Part shown: piece after piece, positions 40,806 through 52,208 of the stretch | Layout: each line of letters starts with the position of its first letter | How positions within the stretch are numbered: the stretch's first letter is position 1 | Assembly (NCBI GenBank): GCA_965153355.1 | Contig: OZ231126.1 | Coordinates: forward strand, 2,418,001 to 2,482,000 | DNA length: 64,000 nt | Source of the DNA: Flaccisagitta enflata | Taxonomy: Eukaryota | Reading direction: 5' to 3' | Made by a program: the position numbers and the translations under genes | The notes under the pieces: generated by a model | What the model was told of the DNA's origin: nothing | Databases searched by the model: none | The model's input: the letters and a program-made list of their open reading frames with translations, nothing else

Positions 40806-42499
40806 GTCTCTATACAACAGAATTTACTACCACACAGACCATGTCAAATAATCGGTTTTACGTGGTCAAAAAGTCAAGAACACGAGTCTACTTCAATTTG
40901 AGGAATAAATATCAATTACTAGCATCGAGATAAACAATTATTGCGCTCAATTAGTTGCAGTCAGACAGTTGAATTTAACTCATATACAGTTGGAGTAAAA
41001 CTTGAATACATTTGGAGTCAAACTAGAAAGCAATCAGAGTCAAACTCCAGTACAGTTAGAGTCAAACTCAAATAGTGAGTAAAACTTGAAAAGTTAGAAT
41101 CAAACTCAGAGAGTTAAGAGTCAAACTCGATTATTAAGAGTCTAGAAATTCGACTAAGGTTTTGACTCTGAAAGGTAGTCCAAAAATTCGACTCTAATTT
41201 TTAGACTCTGAAAGTTAAGAGTCCAACTTGAAAAGTTAAAAGAGTGTAAAATTTTGACTCTAATTTTTAGACTCTAAAAGTTGGAGTCAAACTCGAAAAG
41301 TTAGTCAAAAAATTCGACTCTTATTTTTAGACTCTAAAAGTTAGAGTCGAATTTTTAGACTCCAACTTTTAGACACTACAAGTTAGTCTAAAAATTCGAC
41401 TCTAACTTTTAGACTCCAACTTTTCGAGTTTGACTCTAACTTTTAGAGTCCAATTTGAGCGCCAGCTTAAAATGTCATAAATTTCGCAGAAGACGGCGTA
41501 CTCCACCTGCGCGATCAAAGATGGCATACCTTGAATTCCATGATGGCATACCTCAAAGTAAATGATGGCGTACCTTGAAGTCCATGATGGTGTACCTTGA
41601 AGACCATGATGGTGTACCTTGAAGTCCATGATGGTGTACCTTGAAGTCCATGATGGCGTACCTCGGGGTTAGAAAATGAATTCTGAAAACTAGAGTTCAA
41701 GCTTCAATTTGAAAAATCAGAATTCAAATTCTAAAAATTAGGGTCCATACTTGAATTCTAAAAATCAGAAATCGAATTCCCAAAACTAGAGTTCAAGCCT
41801 GAATTCTAAAAATAGAAGTCGAATTCTAAAAGTTAGAATTTGAATTCTGAAAATTAGAGTTCAAGCTTGAATTCTAAAAGTTAGAATTTGAATTCTGAAA
41901 ATTAGAGTTCAAGCTCGAATTCTAAAAATTAGAATTCGAATTCTAAAAATTAGAGTTCAAGCTCGAATTCTAAAAATTAGAATTTGAATTCTAAATATTA
42001 GAGTTCAAACTTGAACTCTAAAAATTAGAATTCAAGTTCGAACTCTAAAAGTTAGAGTTCAAACCCGAACTCTAACAATTAGAATTCGAATTCTAAAAGT
42101 TAGAGTTCGAATTCTAACAATTAGAATTCGAACTCTAACTTTTCAAGCGGAAAATTTCCGCGGCTCATTTTTCGCGGAAAACGGCGGTAAATGAAGCCCC
42201 TCGCGTCGGGACAGGGTTCGCGTCGACGGGTAATCACCACTAACGAAGAGGGAAAGTCGGAAAAACGCCAAAGTCGCGATGCTAAAAACGCGCTAAAAAG
42301 TGCTAAAAAATCTGTGGCGTTCCCTGGGCCTGAGCAGTGTCCATAACCGTATAGCACGTTTTAGCGCACCCCATTTTTAGCACCTTTTTAGCGCCTTACC
42401 TCAGGCAACCCCATTGAGATCCACGAACAACGCGATCGCGACCCATAAGTGGGAAATGGCGACAGAACATGATCATGAACCAAATCAAAGATTTATGAG

Positions 42500-43005
42500 C
42501 AGGCAGATTAAATTTTGAGCTGCTGGCTAGGGTTTCAAACTGGCGGTTAGCGTATGGAGCCGGCAGTTTGCATTTGCAGCTGGCAACTAGTTTAGAGTTG
42601 GTGGTAAGAGATTGCAGCTTGGGGTTAGTAGTTGGAGCTGTTGATTAGGGTTTGGAGCGAGTGGTTAGGGTTTGGAGCGAGTGGTTAGGCTTTACAGCTT
42701 GCATTTGGGGTTTTGAGCTGGCAGTTAGGATTTGGAGCAGGCAGCTACTGTTTTGTTCTTACAATTTATATGGGCAGCTGGCGGTTAGGCTATGGTGCTG
42801 GCGGAGGCAGTTAGGGTTCAGAGCTGGTGGTTAGGGTTTAAGCTGAGGGCTTGGAACTGGAGGTAAAGTTTGGTACTGGCGGAGTGGCGGTTAGGGTTCA
42901 GAGCTGGTGGTTAGGGTTTGAGCTGAGGGCTTGGAACTGGCGGTATGAGTTGAGGGCTGGCGGTATGGGTTAAGGCTGGCAGTTAGGGTTTGGAGCTGGT
43001 GGATA
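42500..43005 (+). repeat. Degenerate ~20-bp repeat containing TTAGGG (GGTTAGGGTTTGGAGCTGGC)
   Basis: Multiple GGTTAGGG cores with GAGCTGG spacers. Confidence 0.8.
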
Positions 43006-43214
43006 ACCTCTGAGCTGACACTGAGCCATACGTTCAAGGTTTAGATTATCAGTAGAACAGTAAGGTTCTTAAAAAAATTTACCAAGAATGAGAAAGAGTT
43101 GATAATTTCTAAGAAATCTGATGTGCTAAAACAGGGGGGTCTTAACAATAAGATGACCTTTACATTCATAATGCAGAAAATCTAGCAAGTCATACGGAAT
43201 AGAGCAACTTCATT

Positions 43215-44220
43215 GATAGAGAGGATAGACACTTGTTCAGAGGATAGACAGCATTCAGAGGATAGACATAGTTCAGAGGAGGCACAAGGATGACCTCATT
43301 GAAGGACACTGTTCAGAGGATAGACACTCGTTCAGAGGAATAGACACAATTCAGGTAAAACCTCGTTAGATATTACACTCGTTCAGAGGATAGACACTCG
43401 TTAAGATGACATGTTCAGAGGATTCTGACACTCGTTCAGAGGATGAACACTCGTTCAGAGAGGTAGACACTCATTCAGAGGATAGACACTCGTTCAGAGT
43501 AACACTGTTCAGAAGGTGAACATCTGAACCTCCCGTTGAGATAGACACTCTAGTTGAGGTGAGCCTCTCACATTCAGAGGATGAACACTTGTTCAGAAGA
43601 GTGAATACTCGTTTTAGAGTTGAACCTCATTGAAAGTTACTCGTTTGAAGGATGGCCTCATTTGAAGATGACATAGTTTGAAAGGATGAGCCTTCGTTCA
43701 GAGGGGATAGACACTCATTGAAAGGATAGACACTCGTTCAGAGGATAGACACTTGTTCAGAGGATAGACACTCGTTCAGGATGACACTCGTTCAGAGGAT
43801 GAACACTCGTTCAGAGGATAACACCCGTCAGAGGATGAACCTTGATTGAAGGATAGACATGTTCAGAGGATAGACACTCGTTCAGAGGATAGACACTCGT
43901 TCAGAGGATAGACACTCGTTCAGAGGATAGACACTCGTTCAGAGGATAGACACTCGTTCAGAGGATAGACACGCATTCAGAGGATAGCAACGCATTCAGA
44001 GGATAGCAACGCATTCAGAGGATAGTCACGCATTCAGAGGATAGTCACGCATTCAGAGGATAGTCACGCATTCCGAGGATAGTCACGCATTCAGAGGATA
44101 GTCACGCATTCAGAGGATAGTCACGCATTCAGAGGATAGACATGCATTCAGAGGATGGACATGCATTCAGAGGATGGACACGCATTCAGAGGAAAGACGC
44201 GCATTCAGAGGATAGACACA
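43215..44220 (-). repeat. Third 19-bp satellite array (with variant GCATTCAGAGGATAGTCAC block)
   Basis: Directly visible. Confidence 0.95.
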
Positions 44221-44352
44221 TAAACCCCTACCTTTATAGCCCCTCCCAATCTAGGAACTTTATCTTATGAATGGTCATAATGACACTCAATTTCATTTAC
44301 AGAGATAAACACAGAAATAAAATCATTTCTGTAAATAGTGTGTCACCTTATA

Positions 44353-45548
44353 ACTATGGCAAAAAAAAAAGAGCGAACAACTTGTTTGTCAATGTTTCAC
44401 ATCCAAGCAATGTGAGAAACATAGCAAAATCCATGACTACTTTAAAGATCTGCGAAAGATCTTTCAAGTGAGACCTTGCTGGATGTTCTAGCTCTATACG
44501 TTTAGAAATGGCATAAGAATGAAGACAGCTGGTCAAGAATTAGGAAATTCACTACACCACTTTCATGGGTTATCTTTATTCTAACATAAAAACTAAACGC
44601 ATTGAGTTAAGAATTTGTTCTTGGCGCCATTTTAAAGAAAATTTGAAACTTTAATTTGCTCATGGAAAACGAGTAGCTAGGACAATCCTGAGCTGCATCG
44701 TTGACAAAAACGGAAAGACTAAAATTCCTCATTGGAAAAAAGTTGAAATAAGCACTTTTTTCAATCAGCGATTTTTTCTTCAAACCATCGCCATTTCTAA
44801 ACGAATAAAGCTACAATGACCAGCAACGTCGCATTTGGAAGATTTTTTTGTCATGGATTTTCTATCGTTCAGGCCCATAGTTAACACTGTGCATTAAAAA
44901 AAATTCCAAGTGGAAAGTCATACAACTGTGGATTTTTCTGCATTTTTGAGCAGTATTGGGGTGTAAGAGCATGTAACTAGCAAAAACAAAATCATTCCCC
45001 GAGCACTTTTTGAGTAATCTTAAAAATAGAAAAAAATTAAATCTATTTCTAATGCAGATTCTAATGTATTGTCTTGACCCATTTTTTGATTCCATATTGT
45101 TATTCTATACAAAATTTCCTTTCATTTGATAGGTCACACTGTATGATTTTCTTATAAAAATTAGGTTTAAACATTTTGAGCCACTGTTACTTTTTTTTAA
45201 CTAAAAAAATGAAACTTTTATTCTTTGCAAAAGTATAAAGTGTGTCCTATCAAATAAATAAAAGGGAATTTTGCATAGAATAACAATATGGAATCAGAAA
45301 TTTAATCAACACATCCCAGAAGAAACTGCATTAAAATTAGGCCTTTTTTTTCTGATTTTGAAGATTACTCAAAAAGCGCTCAGGGAATGATTTTATTTTT
45401 TCTAGTTACATGCTCTTACACCCCAATTCAGCTCAAAATTACGGAAAAACCCACAGTTATATGACTTTTCACTCAGATTTGTTTTAAAAGCACAGTGTTA
45501 AGCAGCAACTAGCAAAACAAAGTGTTTGCTTTTTTTCTTTGCCATAGT
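44353..45548. mobile_element. TA-TSD non-autonomous DNA element
   Basis: TA|ACTATGGCAAA...TTTGCCATAGT|TA interrupts the satellite consensus CACCTTATAGAACAGGG. Confidence 0.88.
44885..45497. mobile_element. TTAA-flanked foldback MITE nested in the TA element
   Basis: TTAA|CACTGTGC...GCACAGTG|TTAA; arms of ~280 bp are mutually reverse-complementary. Confidence 0.82.
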
Positions 45549-47986
45549 TAGAACAGGGATAATTACAGAAATGATTTTATTTCTGAGTTTATTTCTGCAA
45601 TTAAAAATAAATCCCTACCTTTATAGCCCCTCCCAATCCAGGAACTTGATCCTATAAATGGTCATAATGACACTCATTTTCATTTACAGAAATAAAATCA
45701 TTTCTGAAAATAGTGTGTCACCTTATAGAAAAGGAATAATTACAGAAGTGATTTTATTTCTGAGTTTATTTCTGCAATTGAAAATTCGTTCACAGGGTCA
45801 AGTTCCTAGATTGGGAGGGGCTAATAAGGTAGGGGTTTACAGTGACTTAATGTCTGAGATGGGAAATATTTAGGGACTATTTCTTGAAATAAATTCTCGT
45901 TTCTGTAACTATTTCTGGAAATAATTTCTCGTTTCTGTAACTATTTCTGGAAATAAATTCGCAATCTCTGTAACTATTTCTGGAAATAAAGGGGTTTACA
46001 GGGGGATTTAATGTTCAGAAATGGGAAATATTTCTGGGATTATTTCTGGAAATAAATTCTTGTTTCTGTAACTATTTCTGGAAATAAATTCTTGTTTCTG
46101 TAACTATTTCTGGAAATAAATTCGCAATTCTGTAACTATTTCTGGAAATAAATTCTCGTTTCTGTAACTATTTCTGGAAATAAATTCTCATTTCTGTAAC
46201 TATTTCTGGAAATAAAATCTCGTTTCTGTAACTATTTCGAAAGAGAAATCATTGTAGAACTGATTTAAAGGTTTTCTTTTTCTTACAGAAACAACTACAG
46301 AAAACTGGTCTTTTGTTTTGAGAAATGAATACAGAAATGGGATTTCACTCTTGATACTAAATCCCCCATTAAACCCCTACCTTAATAGCCTCCCAATCCA
46401 CGAACTTGATCCAATAATGGTTATAACGAACGAAGAAGCGCAATGTTTTCTGTAACCTAAAATGCATGAAATAGGTAATATCTATCAGCATTTAGAATGC
46501 AGAAAACTAGACAGAAAATAATTTGATTTCTAGAAATCATCACAAAATCAATTTCATTCTAAATCCCCCTGTAAACCCCTACCTTCTAGCCCCTCCCAAT
46601 CTAGAAACTTAACTCCTTAAATAACAGATAATGATATTTCTCAATTACAGAAAACAACACAGAAATGAATCTGTGATCATTTCTGTAATGAATAAAAGAA
46701 TCATTATTTGTTATTCAAGGAATTAAGTTCCTAGATTGGGAGGGGCTAAAAAGGTAGGGGTTTACAGGGGATTTAGAATGAAATTGATTTCTGTGATTTT
46801 TTCTAGAAATCAAAAAGTTTTCTGCAATGTTTTCTGTAAACTAAAATGAATGAAATAGGCGAAATCTATCAGCATTTGAAATGCAGAAAACCTGACAGAA
46901 AACTATTTGTTTTCGAGAAATCAGTACAAAAATCAATCCTATTCTAAATCCCCCTAAAAACCCCTACCTTTTTAGCCCCTCCAAATCTAGGAACTGAACT
47001 CCTCAAATAACAGGGGGATTTAATGACCAGAAATGGGAAATATTTCTGTGATTATTTCGGGAAATAAACCATTTCTTTAGCTATTTCTGAGAATAATAGA
47101 GTGGGCTTAGAAAGGAGAAATTAATGCAGAGTTGATTTCGAGGTTTTTATCATTACAGAAACAACTATAGAAAAACTGATCTTGTTTCTAGAAATATTTA
47201 CATTTCTGAAAGACCTTATTGCTCAATAAACCCCTACCTCTATATAGAACTCGATCCTTTAAATTGGCACAATGACACATTTTCATATGCAGAAATAAAG
47301 AACTAAAATCATTTCTGTAAAAAAAGTGTGTGTTTTTGTAAGACAGCAATTAGTACAAAAATGATTTAATTTCTGAGTTAATTTCTGTGTTTGTTTCTGT
47401 TATTTACAGAAATAAACGCGTGAATGAAATAATTTCTTTAGAGAATGAGTTCTTATTTAGGAACAAACTAGTACTGAAATGATTTTATTACTGTGTTTAT
47501 GTCATGTTTTACTATTTATAGGATCAAGTTCCTAGGTAAGGGTTTGTAGGGGGATTAAACCAACAGAAACAGAATTAGTTTCTGCATTTGTTTCTCGAAA
47601 TGAATATGATTTCTGTACATGTTTCTGTTGGCATTAAAAGATATGACTTGCAATACCTTGATAAATTTCCTGAACAGAAACAAATGCTGAAACCTAATTG
47701 GTATCTGGAATTATGTATTGACACACATTTTTTTAAAGAAATAATTACAGTCATGAATCTCATTTCTAATAATTCCCCCTCCCCATTATGAAATCGTTGA
47801 TGGCATACCATGAAGTCATAATTGACATACAGTGTATTTTGAAATCGTTGAGGGCATACAAATGATACCATGAAATTGCAATTGGAAGACCATGACATTT
47901 TTAGTGGCATACCTTGCTATTTGTTGATGGTATTCCTTAAAATCGTTAATGGCCTACCTTGAAATCGTTAACGCGACTTAAAATAA

Positions 47987-48310
47987 AAGGGGTGTATATA
48001 GTTCCACAACCTTTGATTATTTCCCCCCCCCTGCCTTTGATTTTCTTCCCAGCGTCGCATTAAAAAATCAAAGATTTTCTTCCCCATACAGCAATAAAAG
48101 TGTGTTTATGGTTTAAATTGTAGTGTTAAATTGTGTTTTATTTATCATGTTTAATGATTTGTTACTGCCAATAGTTATATTTTCCCTAAGTTTTCTTTTT
48201 TTTTTCTTTTTTCCCCTCCTTCCTTTTCCTTCGGTCCTTCCCTTTCTCCAAACCTTTTGATTATTCCCCCCCCCACCGGGGGGAGGAATACGGAACAATA
48301 TACAGGCCTG
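47987..48310. mobile_element. Probable hAT-type MITE
   Basis: AGGGGTGTATATAGTTCC vs GGAACAATATACAGGCCTG imperfect TIR; repeated TTTGATTATTCCCCCCC subterminal motif; TSD not clear. Confidence 0.5.
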
Positions 48311-48689
48311 AAAAATTATTTTTAATTTTAAAAGTAATAAGTCAAATTCCAGAATAATGAAGTCGACTTCTAAAGTTAGAAGTCAAAAACTTAAAATCAG
48401 AACTCGAATTCCAAAAATTAGAATATAAATTCGATATTTTAGAATTTAAGATCGGTTTTTGAAAATCAGAATTGGAATTGGGGCTTGAACTCTTAAAATA
48501 CGAATCAAAATTCTAACTTTTAAATTTTACAGTTCTTTTCTGCATACATGAAACATATTTTCGCCAGTATTCTACAATGATGACTACAGAAGTTTGTTTC
48601 CGGAAATGGTTACAGAAACTAATTCCGTTTCTGATGACTTTACCCCACTGAAAACCCGTAACTTCTTGGCGGAACCATGTCATCATACC

Positions 48690-49818
48690 TTTTAAGTCCA
48701 TGATGGCATACTCTGAAATCTATGATGTCGTACCTTGAAGTCCACGGTGGGGCGCCTTGAAATCCATGATGGCGTACCTTGTAGTCCATGATGGCGCACC
48801 TTGAAGTCCATGATGGCGTACCTTGTAGTCCATGATGGCATATCTTTAAGTCCATGATGGCATATCTTTAAGTCCATGATGGCACACCTTGAAGTCCATG
48901 ATGGCACACCTTGAAGTCCATGATGGCACACCTTGAAGTCCATGATGGCACACCTTGAAGTCCATGATGGCACACCTTGAAGTCCATGATGGCACACCTT
49001 GAAGTCCATGATGGCACACCTTGAAGTCCATGATGGCACACCTTGAAGTCCATGATGGCACACCTTGAAGTCCATGATGGCACACCTTGAAGTCCATGAT
49101 GGCACACCTTGAAGTCCATGATGGCACACCTTGAAGTCCATGATGGCACACCTTGAAGTCCATGATGGCACACCTTGAAGTCCATGATGGCACACCTTGA
49201 AGTCCATGATGGCACACCTTGAAGTCCATGATGGCACACCTTGAAGTCCATGACAGCATACTCCTTGAAGTCCATGATGGCATACCTTGAAGTCCATGAT
49301 GGCATACCTTGAAGTCCATGATGGCATACCTTGAAGTCCATGATGGCATACCTTGAAGTCCATGATGGCATACCTTGAAGTCCATGATGGCATACCTTGA
49401 AGTCCATGATGGCATACCTTGAAGTCCATGATGGCATACCTTGAAGTCCATGATGACATACCTTGAAGTCCATGATGACATACCTTGAAGTCCATGATGA
49501 CATACCTTGAAGTCCATGATGGCATACCTTGAAGTCCATGATGGCATACCTTGAAGTCCATAATGGCATACCTTGAAGTCCATGATGGCATACCTTGAAG
49601 TCCATGATGGCATACCTTGAAGTCCATGATGGCATACCTTGAAGTCCATGGTGGCATACCTTGAAGTCCATGGTGGCATACCTTGAAGTCCATGGTGGCA
49701 TACCTTGAAGTCCATGGTGGCATACCTTGAAGTCCATGATGGTATACTTTGACGTCCATGATGGCATACCTTGAAGTCCAAGGTGGCACACCTCGAAATC
49801 CATGAAGGCACACCTTGA
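48690..49818 (-). repeat. Long 22-bp satellite array (~50 units)
   Basis: Directly visible; source of three overlapping spurious ORFs. Confidence 0.98.
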
Positions 49819-49824
49819 AAGTTG

Positions 49825-50400
49825 GATTCAAACTCAAATAGAGTTAGAGACAAACTAAAATAGTTAAAGAGTCAAACTCGGAAAGTTAGAGTCAAACTCG
49901 GAAAGTTAGAGTCAAACTCGGAATGTTAGAGTCAAACTCGAATATTCAGAGTCTAAAAATTCGAATAACGTTTTGAGTGTAAAAGATTTCTAAAAATTCG
50001 ACTCTAATCTTTAGAGTCTAAATGTTCGAGTCAAACTCAAAAAGTTAGAGTCTAAAAATTCGATTCTAATTTTTAGAGTCTAAATGTTAGAGTCAAACTC
50101 AAAAAGTTAGAGTCTAAAAATTTGACTCTAACTTCTAGAGTCTAAAAGTTAGAGTCTAAAAATTTGACTCTAATTTTTCAGACTCTAAAAGTTAGAGTCA
50201 AACTCGAAAAGTTAGAGTCTAAAAATTCGACTCTAACTTTTAGAGTCTAAAAGTTAGAGTCAAACTCAAAAAGCTAGAGTCTAAAAATTTGACTCTAACA
50301 ATTCGAGTTTGACTCTCACTTTTAGACTCTAAAAGTTAGAGTCGAATTTTTAGACTCTAACTTTTCGAGTTTGACTCTAACTTCTAGAGTCCAATTCGAG
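49825..50400. repeat. GACTCTAA/TTAGAGTC quasi-palindromic satellite (also ~19135-19570, 20765-21235, 41000-41455)
   Basis: Directly visible. Confidence 0.92.
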
Positions 50401-50756
50401 CGCAAGCTTAAAATGTCACAATTTTGATGAAGACGGCGTACTGCACTTGCGCGATCAAATGGGAAGGGATAACACTGAGCAAACATCTCAGCGGGAGAGA
50501 GTGCAAGTCGGAAAAACGCCCAAGTCCCGGTGCTAAAAACGCGCTAAAAAGTGCTAAAACTTTGGTACCGTTCCCCACCCTGATATATGTAAACTGTAAG
50601 TGAAGACTTGAATAGTAGAATTAGCCTAGCTGGCCAAAAATTAGCAAAAACTGGCCAAAACAGCCCAAAACTATCCAAAATGAGGAAATATGGAATAACA
50701 CAAGGTATCATCATACAATTCACTTTGGCTCCCTTCACCAACTCTCACTGAAATAG

Positions 50757-52208
50757 AAAAGGAATACAAATCTGGATTTGGAAATCTCTTCCATGAACAT
50801 TTTGTCGGATTAGAGGTATTGTGATAACCACGGCTTTGAGTAATCATCATCATCATACACCGTATTTCTACTTATCAGCGCCCCAGGCGCTTTAAAAATC
50901 ACAATTTGACAAGTCCATTTTAGCCCCCTAATAAGCGCCCCCTCAAACACTAGTGATCTCTTTTTTTTTCACGCATAGACTCTCTTCAAACTTCAATCTA
51001 TTTTTTATTTATTATGTTTTAACATAAAAATGCTAATGAATTAAAAAATGCTAATGAAAAATTCTGATTTTTTCATAAAAAAGGGGGAAGGATGGAGCTA
51101 ATTAGGAGAAATACAGTATTAAGTCTACTCCTCAAATAAAGTTAACTTCAGTCTAGGTTTCTCTGCACACCCCGTTTTCATTGAAAAAATGTAAGAAAAT
51201 ACAAATAGAGGACACCCATTTTTATCCTAAAGCTTCCTATCTTCAATGATACAAAATAAAATAAAAATAAAAAAAAAAAAACAAGATGGTCATTTGAATC
51301 ATGTTTTTTTTTAAAAATGCCATAGCGTAAATATCAGTGGCAGAGTTGCTCTTGAAAAAATTTCGAGTTGATTTAAACTGTTCACTTCCTCAAGGCGACA
51401 ATATCATAAATTTTTTAGATGCGTGCTACGCGACTCTATAAGCCACTTTTTGGTCGGTCCGTCGGTCCGTCGGTCCGTCCATCGGTCCGTCCGTCCGTCC
51501 GTCCGTCGGTCCGTCCGTCCGTCCGTAATAAAGTCGTTTTAATGGCCTTTTATTGTGTTGCGAAAAAAAAAAACTTGGAAGAGTAAAAAGCCATTTCAAA
51601 TGTCTCTATGAAAAAAAAATTTTGTCTGTCTGTCAGCCTGACTTTTTTTGAAAGTGCCGACGCATGTGACTCAAGTCTAATGACCTTGATATAAACTGTC
51701 CTTATCATTGATAAATTAGGCTATCAGATATATTTGTGGTTCATCATCGAGCACTCGATGCACCATACAAGTTCATCAGAAGACAAGAACGGGGAAACAA
51801 AACAACTTGCACTATCATGGATTCAAACTGTCGGTAAGTCTTTTTGCGACATTTTTTAAGATATCGTTCAAGTTGTGTCGGTCATGTCATAACAGAAGTC
51901 TATAATCATTTCTGCCTTTCCTGATTTAGTAATGGTTAGCAAGGCATTCAAAAACGTCTTTTTAAGTTAAAAACCCATGAGGATGTGTCATATATCAAAA
52001 TGCCAATCAAATGAACACAAAAAGTTTACAATCACAACGAGAAAAAAAAAGGCTAACCTATTACCTATATGGACTCATGGTGAACTTCCCACCTCATATT
52101 CCTCAGTCCTTATTCAAAAGTCCTCATTCAATGTATCTCATTCATTCTCCCAGTCCGGAAATGTGATGACGGTTTGTCCTCATGATCCAACGTCAAGCGG
52201 CATACCAG
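50757..52208 (+). CDS. Fibrinogen-related domain (FReD) gene, upstream exons 50757-50815, 51720-51833, 52154-52208 (5'-incomplete)
   Basis: Phase-compatible AG/GT exons give KEYKSGFGNLFHEHFVGLE|AIRYICGSSSSTRCTIQVHQKTRTGKQNNLHYHGFKLS|SGNVMTVCPHDPTSSGIP. This matches the FReD pattern eYk.GFG....EfwlGLe.i...L.v.l....g.....Y..F.l. Confidence 0.65.
50860..51118. mobile_element. Small MITE in FReD intron
   Basis: CCGTATTTCTACTTATCAGCGCC vs GGAGCTAATTAGGAGAAATACAG imperfect TIR. Confidence 0.55.

Larger units (their letters stand above)
19873..42327. repeat. ~22-kb inverted repeat (arms ~19873-30660 and ~31140-42327)
   Basis: Unique spacers are mirrored in order: 30430-30660/31140-31380, 28085-28640/33345-33915, 22040-22665/39578-40180, 21240-21430/40800-41000, 19885-20070/42135-42322. 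Confidence 0.95.
44221..47570 (+). repeat. Diverged third array of the ~620-bp satellite with inserted MITEs
   Basis: AAACCCCTACCTT..AGCCCCTCCCAATC.AGGAACTT motifs at 44222, 45610, 46371, 46573, 46958. Confidence 0.85.
18277..50582. mobile_element. Giant (~32 kb) non-coding composite, satellite-filled element with hAT-like inverted termini
   Basis: CAGGGTGGGGAACGGTACCAAAGTTTTAGCACTTTTTAGCGCGTTTTTAGCACCG.GACTTGGGCGTTTTTCCGACTT at 18277, with reverse complement at ~50505-50582. Flanks GTTTTAAG vs ATATATGT show no TSD. No transposase ORF seen. Confidence 0.7.

Noticed and set aside
48692-49853. 311-381-aa ORFs in three frames (also 20519-21881, 40368-40817)
   Set aside because: Translation of a 22-bp satellite with no stop codon on that strand; no independent coding evidence
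18277-50582. Autonomous transposon or endogenous virus (Polinton-type) interpretation
   Set aside because: No transposase, polymerase, integrase or capsid ORF anywhere in the interval
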